Below are positions 43,594-52,422 of a stretch of DNA of 64,000 nucleotides, in pieces; the stretch's first letter is position 1, and each line of letters opens with the position of its first letter. The notes beneath the pieces are model-generated. The model saw only the letters and a program-made list of their open reading frames with translations, ran no database searches and had not been told where the DNA came from. The translations under genes and the position numbers were made by a program. The DNA lies in assembly GCA_965237955.1 (NCBI GenBank), contig OZ250169.1, positions 1,376,001-1,440,000 on the forward strand. Reading direction: 5' to 3'. The DNA comes from Candidatus Marinacidobacterales bacterium. Its GTDB lineage: Bacteria; Acidobacteriota; Vicinamibacteria; Marinacidobacterales; SMYC01.

Positions 43594-43916
43594 TAGGAGT
43601 AAGGACCGCGCCGGTGTTGGCTCTTGCCGCAGGAATCTCTCTCTATGGTCCGTTCGTTGGATCGACGCTTGAATTCGGCAACAACCTCGTGAGCGCCGAA
43701 GCTGCCTCGCGGACGAGTCTGCGGTTGCCCGGATCCGTCGAAGTGCCCCAGCTCGTTGGCTTGCCGGCTGACGCCGCACTAGAGGCCCTCCAGAACGCTG
43801 GTTTGGAGGCTCAGTCGCAAACTCAACCATCGGATCGTCCCGCCAATGAGGTCCTCACGCAGGATCCGATCCCAGGCACGATGGTCGCGCCGGGAACCGC
43901 CGTGGCTCTCGTGCTA

Positions 43917-44043
43917 GTCCCCTGGATCTTTGATTACTACACAAAGTTAGGCTTTTCGCCAGCCCATAAGATTCATAAGATTCATGCACTTAGAATGGTT
44001 TCGGCAAGCTCTGCTTTATCTAGTTTGTTCTGATACAGGGGAC
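43917..44043. mobile_element. MITE-A copy 2 (127 bp)
   Basis: Same as 39109-39235 apart from 4 substitutions seen by eye; CTAG target. Confidence 0.9.
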
Positions 44044-45095
44044 TAGCCGCCGCGACCCCACCTCCCCTCGCAACCCCCAATCGACGGCCTTCGGTGTCGC
44101 TTGCTGCTTTTCCGGCAGAGACAGAAGCCGGACGAGACTCCACCCTTACTGCTACCGCTCGTGATCCCGACGGAGACGAAGTTACGTATACGTGGCGTGC
44201 GGCTGACGGCCGCATCACGGGGAGCGGTCCAAGCGTGACGTGGACTGCACCGGGGAGCGTAGGAGCCGACGCTTCGGTAGCGGTGACGGTGACGGTCGAC
44301 GACGGCAGGGGGGGTCCAGTTCCGAGACCACGAACATACAGGTCCAGGCCCCGACAGGAATCGTTACCGGTGTCGTGTTGACCCAATCGGGTGTCGCGCT
44401 CTCAGGGATCACGGTGACAATCGCGCGCCCAGACGCGGGTGTGTCACAAACTGTCGTTACGGACGCAAACGGTCGTTTTCAAGTTCCTCGGCTTCCGCTG
44501 GGTGCGTACAACGTGGTGGTGGAGATTCCCGGATTTCAAAAATACAGTAGCACCGTAGATGCAGCGGTCGATTCCGTCCCGACGAACGTCGTACTTCAGC
44601 CCGGTCCGGCTAACGGCCCGAGCCGGGATCCGACCGCAGCGGAGCTCTTCCGGGCGTCTTCCGTCAGCGAGCTCCAGCAAAACTTATCCGATATCTACCA
44701 CGATTACGACAGCTCAGAACTTTCTGAAGACGCCCGCGCGACGCTAGCGCGGAACGCCGAGTGGCTCAAGCTCCCCTACAATACGGCGGTCATTCTGGTT
44801 GAAGGTCATGCGGACTCGCGCGGGACAAATGAATACAACTTAGTGCTCGGCGAGAGAGTGGCCCGAGCCGCGATGGAATATCTGCAGGCGCTCGGTGTTC
44901 CCGCGAGTCGACTCAAGTATGTCTCTTACGGGGAGGAGTTTCCGCAGTGCACCGAGGAGAACGAGAGCTGTTGGCAGCGCAACCGCCGCGTTCATTTCAG
45001 AATCGATGCCAAGTAGCAACGCGCTTCGGCGCGCTTTCAACGAAACGCTTCCGTCCGATCGCGATTCTCCATCGCTCCGACTGGCCCCGCCGAAT

Positions 45096-45245
45096 TCAAT
45101 ACAACATTCTGAATCGGATGGTGTGCGGCAGTTGCTTCATCTCGTCGATGACGTGGGGCGGATACTTCTTGCTGAAGTTGGTGATGACGTATCCAATCCG
45201 CTTGTCGGTCTTCAAGTACTGGCCGACTATATTGATTTTGTGCCT
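45096..45245 (-). pseudogene. serA: C-terminal ACT-domain fragment of D-3-phosphoglycerate dehydrogenase
   Basis: Manual translation: INIVGQYLKTDKRIGYVITNFSKKYPPHVIDEMKQLPHTIRFRMLY*. Confidence 0.7.
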
Positions 45246-45385
45246 GCTCACGGAGCTCGTGAGCGGCCGCCACGAGCGGCTAGGCGATGCGGTGTTGGCA
45301 GCGCAGACGGCTTACGCTCACACGGGTGCCCTTCCTGAGCTTCTGAACAACTATCATTTGCTGGGCGATCCGGCGCTTACTCAAC
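45243..45385 (+). pseudogene. Peptidase C25 (gingipain-like) domain-end fragment
   Basis: RLGDAVLAAQ...YHLLGDPAL. Confidence 0.6.
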
Positions 45386-45394
45386 CACACGCTA

Positions 45395-45554
45395 GTCCCC
45401 TGGAACAGAGGTTCGTAGCCTAAAGCTCGACGCCATTTTGTGGGCTGGCGAGGCGTGACGACGAAGTCATATTGGAATATTTCGAGGAGGAACAACGAAG
45501 CCAGCGCGCAAAAAGGGCCCGAGATTTAGGCTACGAACCTCTGTTCCAGGGGAC
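45395..45554. mobile_element. MITE-B (160 bp) with long perfect TIRs
   Basis: ctagtcccctggaacagaggttcgtagcctaaa ... tttaggctacgaacctctgttccaggggactag (33-bp perfect IR including CTAG). Confidence 0.9.
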
Positions 45555-45557
45555 TAG

Positions 45558-45730
45558 TGGGTTGGTACGAGGAGCTCGAGCTCTTCGTGCCAGTTGAGCA
45601 CGACGTGAATGGTGTCGAACTGGGTTTGCCAGTCCTCGCGCTTTGCAGCCAACACTTTTCGTCCACTAGCGGTGATGCGGTAGTAGCGGTGGCGCTGGCC
45701 GGCGCGCTCTACCCAGCGGCCGCGGACCAG
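45558..45730 (-). pseudogene. PadR-like fragment joined to a kinase/beta-propeller-type C-terminal tail
   Basis: WVERAGQRHRYYRITASGRKVLAAKREDW, then IHVVLNWHEELELLVP. Confidence 0.5.
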
Positions 45731-45826
45731 CTGGAGAGAAAAGACGCCGAGCTCGCACAGCCACAACGGGATACGGATCGTCCATCGTTGCGAAGCGTCT
45801 AATGCCGGGGAATGACGCTTCTACCG

Positions 45827-47027
45827 CGTAGGGGTCAATAAACTCGAACGCGCTCCCGCACAGCGGTATCCGGGGCGAGTTCTTGGAGGTCAGATCTGTT
45901 GAATAAAATGTCGCTGTCCAGTATGTACGCCAGTTCTCGAGAGGAGACGCGATGGACTGGACGACAATGCTTGCGTACATCACGGGATTGGTTGATCAGG
46001 AGTTGCCCCTGCGGAATGAGTACCTCGTTGCCGAGAATCGGGTAGTTCGAAATCAGCCCCAGGGCCGTTTGCGCCTGACCGACGGCGAGCGGCGAACTCT
46101 GGCTGAGTCGGAAAACAGCTCGGCAGGCGAGCGCTCGAAGAGGTAGCAAGCATCGTGAGGCCTGAGACGATCCTCGGATGGCACCGCAAGCTTGTCGCGA
46201 GGAAGTTCGATGGTTCCAAGAATCGACGCGTATCCAGGCGACCACGCGTCGACGAAGAAATCAGGAGCTGGTTGTACGCATCGCAACGGAAAATCGCTCG
46301 TGGGGCTACGATCGGATTGCGGAGCGATGGGAAACCTCGAGTATCCAGTGAGCGACAAGACCGTCGGCAACGTCTTGAAACGGCATGGCATCGCGCCCGC
46401 GCCGGAGCGCCGAAAGACCACGACGTGGTTAGGAGTTCGTCCGCTCGCACATGGACGTACTTGCGGCGACGGATTTCTTCACCGCGGAAGTGTGGACCAA
46501 GACCGGGCTCGTCACGTACTACGTGTTGTTCTTCACACATCTTGCAACGCGGCGGTTATATATCACGGGTATCACGCCGTATCCCGACGGGCAGTGGATG
46601 ACCCAGGTGGCTCGGAATGTGACCATGGCGGATGTCGGGTTCTCTCCTCGAGCCGTTAGATCCACAACCGGGACTCCAAGTTCTGCGAGGCGTTTCAGCT
46701 GACCGTCGAAACCGTGCGTATCAGGACCGTCAAACTGCCCGCGAGCCCGAATCTGAATTCATTCGCGGAGCGCTGGGCGAGATCGGCGAAGGACGAGTGC
46801 CTGTCGAAGCTCATCCTCTTCGGGGAGAGGTCGCTTCGGCTCGCGCTGAAACACTATGTCGCGCATTTCCACGAAGAAAAGGAATCACCAAGGCAAGGGC
46901 AATCTATTGTTGTTCCCGGCCGTCGAAAGGATGCGTCGGGTCGAAGGCCTGGTTCGTTGTCGGGAACGGCTCGGCGGACTGCTCCGATACTACCATCGGG
47001 AAGCTGCATGAGTTTTTTGACCATACG
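45827..47027 (+). mobile_element. Degenerate integrase-core (rve/DDE) transposase element
   Basis: RNEYLVAENR, PETILGWHRKL, ATDFFTAEV, PNLNSFAERW across several frames; imperfect IRs cgtaggggtcaataaactc / gagttttttgaccatacg. Confidence 0.75.
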
Positions 47028-47149
47028 GGATCGCGCGCGCGCCGGGACGGCAGCGATTCGAATTCTTTACAGACCCCGCCCGAGCTTTACAGGCGGGCGG
47101 ACCAAAGAATTGGATGATGGATAACCAATTGTCCAGTTTCTTGGAACAG

Positions 47150-47752
47150 TCAAGCGAGATTTTCAAGGAAGTATCGGTGGACGCGAGTATCGGTCGAAAG
47201 CTCGGGATGGAACGTACTCACCAGGATTCGTCCTTCGCGGACGAGAACCGCTTGGCCTCGGTGTTTCGCGATCGTGCTAACCTCGGCGCCGGTGCGAGAG
47301 ATGATCGGCGCTCGAATAAAGACCATGGGCACCGGCTCGCCGCCGAGCTCCGGGCACGGCTCGAAGCTCTCGTGACTGTCGATTTGCCTGCCATAGCCGT
47401 TGCGCTCGACGTCGATGTCCATGAAGCCGAGAGAGCCTTGTGATGGTTTGGTCACTCTGCGCGCCAGGAGGATTGCGCCCGCGCACGTGCCATAGAGCGC
47501 ACCGCCAGCTTCGTAGAAGGCGCGGAGCGGTTCGATCAGGTCTTCCTCCTGTATGAACTTGAGCATCGTCGTGCTCTCACCCCCGGGGAGGATGAGAGCA
47601 CGGATGCCCTCGAGCTGCGACGCTTTGCGGATCTGCGTCGACGGACAGTCCAGCCGTTCCAGCATACGCTGGTGCTCCGCATAGTCTCCCTGCAGAGCAA
47701 GCACACCAACGCCGTCGTGCCGATGGCTGATGGCTGATGGCTGATGGCTCAT
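47150..47752 (-). CDS. pdxT: PLP synthase glutaminase subunit
   Basis: GVLALQG, PGGESTT, GTCAGAI, RNGYGRQ, FIRAP, FHPEL. Confidence 0.95.
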   Translation of the reverse strand: MSHQPSAISHRHDGVGVLALQGDYAEHQRMLERLDCPSTQIRKASQLEGIRALILPGGESTTMLKFIQEEDLIEPLRAFYEAGGALYGTCAGAILLARRVTKPSQGSLGFMDIDVERNGYGRQIDSHESFEPCPELGGEPVPMVFIRAPIISRTGAEVSTIAKHRGQAVLVREGRILVSTFHPELSTDTRVHRYFLENLA

Positions 47753-47756
47753 CGCA

Positions 47757-48638
47757 CTACCAACCACGGGTCGAAAGAAGATCCTTCTCATCCATCGTCG
47801 CGATGTCGAGGCCGGGCATCGGTTCCCCGAGACCTCGCGAGACCTCCACCAGGACCTTGGGATCTTCGTAATGTGTGACGGCCTTCACGATCGCGGCGGC
47901 GCGGGTTGCGGGGTCCTCGGACTTGAAGATTCCCGAGCCGACGAAGACCGTCTCCGCGCCGAGTTGCATGCAAAGCGCGGCGTCGGCCGGCGTCGCCACC
48001 CCGCCTGCGGCGAAGTTGGGAACCGGAAGCTTGCGGTCTCGAGCCACCATCCGCACGAGCTCGTACGGAGCACCGAGGTTTTTGGCCTCGGCCATGAGCT
48101 CCTCGGTGGCCATGACACTCAGGCGGCGCATGTGACCGTTCACAGCGCGCAAGTGGCGCACGGCTTCCACGATGTTGCCCGAGCCCGCCTCGCCTTTGGT
48201 TCGGATCAGCGCGGCGCCTTCGCCGATGCGCCGGAGCGCTTCGCCGAGGTTGCGGCATCCGCACACGAACGGTACGTCGAACGCGAGCTTGTCGACGTGG
48301 TGCTCCTCATCGGCCGGCGTCAACACCTCGCTTTCGTCGATGAAATCCACGCCCATCGCCTGGAGAAGCTGAGCTTCGACGAAGTGGCCGATGCGCACTT
48401 TGGCCATGACGGGAATGCTCACCGTGCGCATGATCTCGTCGATCACGTCGATCGCGGACATCCGCGCCACACCGCCATGCTTGCGAATGTCAGAGGGTAC
48501 CCGCTCGAGAGCCATGACGGACACCGCGCCTGCGTCTTCTGCGATCTTGGCCTGCTCTGCATTGGTCACGTCCATGATGGCGCCGCCTTTGAGCATGTCG
48601 GCGAGGCCGGTCTTGAGTTTCAGTTGTGTTTCGGTCAT
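47757..48638 (-). CDS. pdxS: PLP synthase lyase subunit
   Basis: [42 protein letters not shown]. Confidence 0.97.
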   Translation of the reverse strand: MTETQLKLKTGLADMLKGGAIMDVTNAEQAKIAEDAGAVSVMALERVPSDIRKHGGVARMSAIDVIDEIMRTVSIPVMAKVRIGHFVEAQLLQAMGVDFIDESEVLTPADEEHHVDKLAFDVPFVCGCRNLGEALRRIGEGAALIRTKGEAGSGNIVEAVRHLRAVNGHMRRLSVMATEELMAEAKNLGAPYELVRMVARDRKLPVPNFAAGGVATPADAALCMQLGAETVFVGSGIFKSEDPATRAAAIVKAVTHYEDPKVLVEVSRGLGEPMPGLDIATMDEKDLLSTRGW

Positions 48639-48681
48639 CGATTGCCTCCCATATAGAAATTGCGAACCCTGAAATCGAGAT

Positions 48682-50196
48682 TCAAATGTGGAGCGCGGGC
48701 TCCTGCTCGCGAACTCCCGGACCCTTCTTGTCGCTTCCGCCCGCTCGCCCGAACCTGCGCTCGAGAACGTTGCCGAGCCTCTTCACACCCTCTTCGATCC
48801 TCTCGACCGGGACTCGTGAAATCGACAGGCGGAGGAAGCGTTCACCTTCGCCCCGAGCAAAAAAATGTGCGCCCGGCGTGAACACCACCCCGTCGGTGGC
48901 GGCGTCCGCGAGCACGGCGTCAGCGGACTCCGACTCGGGCAACGTGATCCAAAACGCGAACCCGCCTTCAGGCTGGGTCCAGGTGACGCCTTCGGGGAAA
49001 TGTCGCTCGAGCGCGGCGACGAGAGTTCGACTTTTGTCTAGATAGATCCCGGCGAGGCGCTCGAGGTGTGCATCGTAATGGCCGCGTCTACAGAAAATGA
49101 GGACCGCCGCCTGCAACAACAGGCTCGTATGGTAGTCGGAGATGAGTTTGGCGCGAGAGAGCGCGGCGACGACGTCGGGCGGCGCAACGATCCACCCGAG
49201 CCGGAGCCCGGGGAAAAGCCCCTTCGAGAACGTTCCGATGTGGATGACACAATCTTGGTCATCGAGCGCTTTCAACGGAGGCAACGCGACGCCGTCGAAG
49301 CGGAGCTCGGAATCGAAGTCGTCTTCCACGATGGGCACGCCGTGACGGTTGGCGATGCCGACGAGCCGCTCGCGCGACGCGAGGTCCATGGTGATCCCGG
49401 TTGGGTTGTGGAACGTCGGCATGGTGAACAGAAACTTCGGTCGCGAACTCGCCAGAGACGCCTCGAGGATATCGAGATCCATGCCGCGCGGCGTCATCGG
49501 GATTTCCTCGATCTCGGCTCGGTATTGCGCGAGCAAAGGTAGGACGATCGTATAGGTCGGGCTCTCGAGCACGACCGGATCGCCGGGATCGAGCAACGTG
49601 CGGCAGATCAAGTCGAGCGCTTGCTGCGAGCCGTTGACGACGAGAACGTTGTCGGGGGTCGTTTCCACGCCCCGGCGTGCGAGGCGCTCGGCGATGTAGC
49701 TCCGGAGCGGCGGGTACCCTGCCGCGGGTCCGTATTGGAGAAGCTTCTTGCCTTCTTTCACGAGGACCTCGTCGAGGACGACGCGAAACGGCTCGACGGG
49801 AAAGAGCTCTTCGTCAGGAACGAGGGACGCAAAGTCGATCAGGTCCGGATGGCGAGCTTCCTCCGCGGGCGAGCGCACCCACTCGCGGGCTGCCTGGGTC
49901 GCTCGCGAAAACGACCAGCGCATGGTCGACGCGGCCTTCGGACCACGCTCGGCGACGAACGTGCCCTGGCCGACGTGCGAATGGACGCGGTCCTTCTTTG
50001 AAAGAGCTTCGTAGGCGCTCGTGACCGTGTTGCGGTTGATGCCGAGCTTCGTGGCGAGCTCACGGCTCGCGGGGAGCTTTGCCCCGGGAGTCAGCCGGCC
50101 ATCGTCGATGAGCGCCGCGATATGCGCCTCGAGCTGCTGATAGAGCGGCCGATCGAGGTCGCGGTCCAGCTCGACGTCGTCCCATAATTGGACCAT
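48682..50196 (-). CDS. MocR/GabR family PLP-dependent regulator (PdxR-like)
   Basis: GntR HTH (PLYQQL...LPASRELA) plus aminotransferase domain ([23 protein letters not shown]); directly upstream of pdxST. Confidence 0.9.
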   Translation of the reverse strand: MVQLWDDVELDRDLDRPLYQQLEAHIAALIDDGRLTPGAKLPASRELATKLGINRNTVTSAYEALSKKDRVHSHVGQGTFVAERGPKAASTMRWSFSRATQAAREWVRSPAEEARHPDLIDFASLVPDEELFPVEPFRVVLDEVLVKEGKKLLQYGPAAGYPPLRSYIAERLARRGVETTPDNVLVVNGSQQALDLICRTLLDPGDPVVLESPTYTIVLPLLAQYRAEIEEIPMTPRGMDLDILEASLASSRPKFLFTMPTFHNPTGITMDLASRERLVGIANRHGVPIVEDDFDSELRFDGVALPPLKALDDQDCVIHIGTFSKGLFPGLRLGWIVAPPDVVAALSRAKLISDYHTSLLLQAAVLIFCRRGHYDAHLERLAGIYLDKSRTLVAALERHFPEGVTWTQPEGGFAFWITLPESESADAVLADAATDGVVFTPGAHFFARGEGERFLRLSISRVPVERIEEGVKRLGNVLERRFGRAGGSDKKGPGVREQEPALHI

Positions 50197-50269
50197 GCCA
50201 ATTGTGTATCAATTTCACGGTTCTAAGTCAAACGTCAACAGACGATGACCAAATAATTTGAATGGGTGC

Positions 50270-50290
50270 AGTCCAATAGTGGATTGGACT
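50270..50290. promoter_or_regulatory. Candidate MocR operator
   Basis: AGTCCAAT-N5-ATTGGACT perfect inverted repeat; further TGGACC/TGACCA boxes in 50189-50306. Confidence 0.5.
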
Positions 50291-50307
50291 AGTAGGGCCT
50301 GACCAGA

Positions 50308-50460
50308 CCCCTGCCCCCTGCCCCCTGCCCTTGCCCTTGTCTGCCCAACGCTCAACATTGGCGCTCAACCGAGGCGTATTCGCATCAGGAGTGGGGAGGT
50401 TGAGTCGATTGAGTTTTTCGGGAGCGGGGACGGGCAGGGGCAGGGGAGCTGGGAGCTGGG
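50308..50460. repeat. Inverted hexa/heptamer cassette (CCCTGC/GCAGGG)
   Basis: cccctgccccctgccccctgcccttgccc ... gggacgggcaggggcagggg; similar at 21166-21186 and 56220-56385. Confidence 0.6.
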
Positions 50461-50469
50461 AGGAACGCC

Positions 50470-52383
50470 TTAATCGTTGACCGCGCCGTGCTCGAACACT
50501 TTCGCCTCGATGAACAGATCAAGGAGCTCGCGGTCCACCTTGCCCGCGAACTCGGCGTTCAGGATATCCAGGGCGCCCGCGGTGGAGACCGCGGGCTTGT
50601 AGGGACGATCGCTTGCCGTGAGAGCGTCGTAGATGTCGGAGATTGTCATCATCCGCGTCTGAGGCGGGATATCGGCGGCTCCTCGTCCTTTTGGGTACCC
50701 GCTGCCGTCCAGCTTCTCGTGATGGCTCCGCGCGAGGTCCGGGATCGACTGCAGATCCCGGGTCCACGGGATCGTCGACAGAAAATCGAACGTGTGGACG
50801 ACGTGCAATTCGATCTGCTCGCGCTCGGGTCCGGTAAGGGTTCCTCTGGCGACGGTCAACGCGGTGAGCTCGTCATCGTTGAGGTAGGGGAGCTCGGTTC
50901 CGTCGATATCCTCGTAGCTGAGCTGGCTGACCTCCATCAGCCTGTCGAACTCCGCGGAGTGGGTGATCGTCGGTATGTTGGCCGCTTCGACGGCATCGCG
51001 GGCCTCGTCGATCGAGTCGAGTCGGCGCGCGAGCTCCTCTTTCATCTGCTCGATCTCCTCGGGCGACGCTTCGTTTTGCATCAAGCGGTCGAGCATTCTC
51101 CGAACGTATTGCGCTTCGAGGGTGCGACGGATGGTCTTGAAGCGCTGGCGCACGGTGGAGAGCTCTCCATGGTAGAGCTTCGTTGCTTTGATGAGAACCT
51201 TCTCCGTCACTCCCACTTTTCCGAAGTCGTGGAGGAGCGCGGCGTAGTTCAGCTCGCGGATCTCGTCATCGGTCAATCGAAAACTGCCGTAGGTTCCGCG
51301 TTCGGCGCGATTGGTCACTTCCGCGAGCGCGGTGGTCATCGACGCGACCCGCTTGGAGTGGCCCTGGGTGGTGGGGTCACGACTCTCGATGGCTTGTACC
51401 GCGGCGTTGACGAACTGCCGGAACAGGTTCTCACGTTCGACGTAGAGGTTGTTGTTGTCGACGCACACGGCCGCCTGACTCGCGAGCGAGCGTACGAGCC
51501 GCTCGTCGTCTTGGTCGAAGGACAACACGCCGCGCTCGAAGCTCTCGGTTGTGTCGAGCACCGATTCGCGGTTGTTCTTCTTGTTGATGAGCTGCAACAC
51601 CCCGATGGTCTCGCCTTCGGCGTTTTCCATGGGTACGACGAGCATGGACCGCGCGCGATAGCCCGTCGCTTCGTCGAAGCTTCTGTTGATGACGAACGGC
51701 TTGTCCTTGGGAGGGTCGTAAGCGTCCGCGAGATTCAACGTCTCTCCGGTTTGAGCCACGTAGCCGGCGATGCTGTCGGGGCTGATGGGAAGCACATCCT
51801 CTTCGAAGTGGAGCTCGCGCGAATCGTTCTGAGCGAGTCGAAACTTCAACCACTGAGCCGTTGCTCGAGCTTCGGTGCCATCGCGATGGACGATGGGCTG
51901 GTCGATGTCGGAGACGAGAAAGAGACTGCCGGCGTCGGCGTTCGTGATCGCGCGCGCCTTGGTGAGGATGAGCTCGAGCAGGCGATTGTGATTGCGCTCG
52001 GCCGAAAGCGCGATGCCGATGGCGTTGAGCTCCTCGAGTCGAAGCTGGCTATCGACGTAGCGGGTCGCGTTGCGGAGCGTCCGCAAGAGCTCGGCTTCGG
52101 TCGGGCTCGCCGAGACGACGTCGAACAGGAGATCATCGTCGGTCTCGGTATCAAGCGTCGTCGCGACAACGGTGCCGCCGTTGGTGACGAACGCTTCCAC
52201 CGCCGTGCGCTCCGCTCGAAGCCGCTCGGCGTCGGTTAGCAAGACGCCCGGCTCCGACGGAAGCGGGCCCGACCCGTCGACAGTCGAGATCTTGAAACGG
52301 TTGAAGATTTCAGGGTAGCGGTCCGCGGAAAGCGAGCCCCCCGCAGCCGTCCACACGAAAACCGGACACATCAGATGCACCAA
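50470..52383 (-). CDS. GAF plus HD-GYP cyclic-dinucleotide phosphodiesterase
   Basis: RSMLVVPM...GVLQLIN; LHDFGKVG, HHEKLDGSGYP, DIYDALTA.DRPYK. Confidence 0.92.
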   Translation of the reverse strand: MVHLMCPVFVWTAAGGSLSADRYPEIFNRFKISTVDGSGPLPSEPGVLLTDAERLRAERTAVEAFVTNGGTVVATTLDTETDDDLLFDVVSASPTEAELLRTLRNATRYVDSQLRLEELNAIGIALSAERNHNRLLELILTKARAITNADAGSLFLVSDIDQPIVHRDGTEARATAQWLKFRLAQNDSRELHFEEDVLPISPDSIAGYVAQTGETLNLADAYDPPKDKPFVINRSFDEATGYRARSMLVVPMENAEGETIGVLQLINKKNNRESVLDTTESFERGVLSFDQDDERLVRSLASQAAVCVDNNNLYVERENLFRQFVNAAVQAIESRDPTTQGHSKRVASMTTALAEVTNRAERGTYGSFRLTDDEIRELNYAALLHDFGKVGVTEKVLIKATKLYHGELSTVRQRFKTIRRTLEAQYVRRMLDRLMQNEASPEEIEQMKEELARRLDSIDEARDAVEAANIPTITHSAEFDRLMEVSQLSYEDIDGTELPYLNDDELTALTVARGTLTGPEREQIELHVVHTFDFLSTIPWTRDLQSIPDLARSHHEKLDGSGYPKGRGAADIPPQTRMMTISDIYDALTASDRPYKPAVSTAGALDILNAEFAGKVDRELLDLFIEAKVFEHGAVND

Positions 52384-52422
52384 GCCCTTTCGGCGCCAGA
52401 ATGTCGGGGGAGCGAAAGTATG

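Larger units (their letters stand above)
40230..45016 (+). pseudogene. Membrane vWA-family protein with PASTA, Ig/PKD, carboxypeptidase-regulatory and Pal-like OmpA domains; ~1157 aa restored
   Basis: FLDQLRLAGF...QQDEF, LDIEATV, YLALVDR, FSDG; removing IS630 and MITE restores frame (RTL-GVRT; LVL-AAAT); VPQLVG...QDPIPG; DPDGD..TYTW; TDANGRF; EGHADSRG...NRRV; G7 run 44308-44314 is one base short. Confidence 0.8.

Noticed and set aside
39106-45557. Recurrent CTAGTCCCCTGG motifs as CRISPR or attC repeats
   Set aside because: They occur as inverted pairs with TA/CTAG targets and match IS630 ends; no regular spacers, cas genes or integron integrase
45827-47027. Integrase-core ORF as the island's integrase
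   Set aside because: It is a frameshifted DDE transposase with its own inverted ends, not a site-specific recombinase
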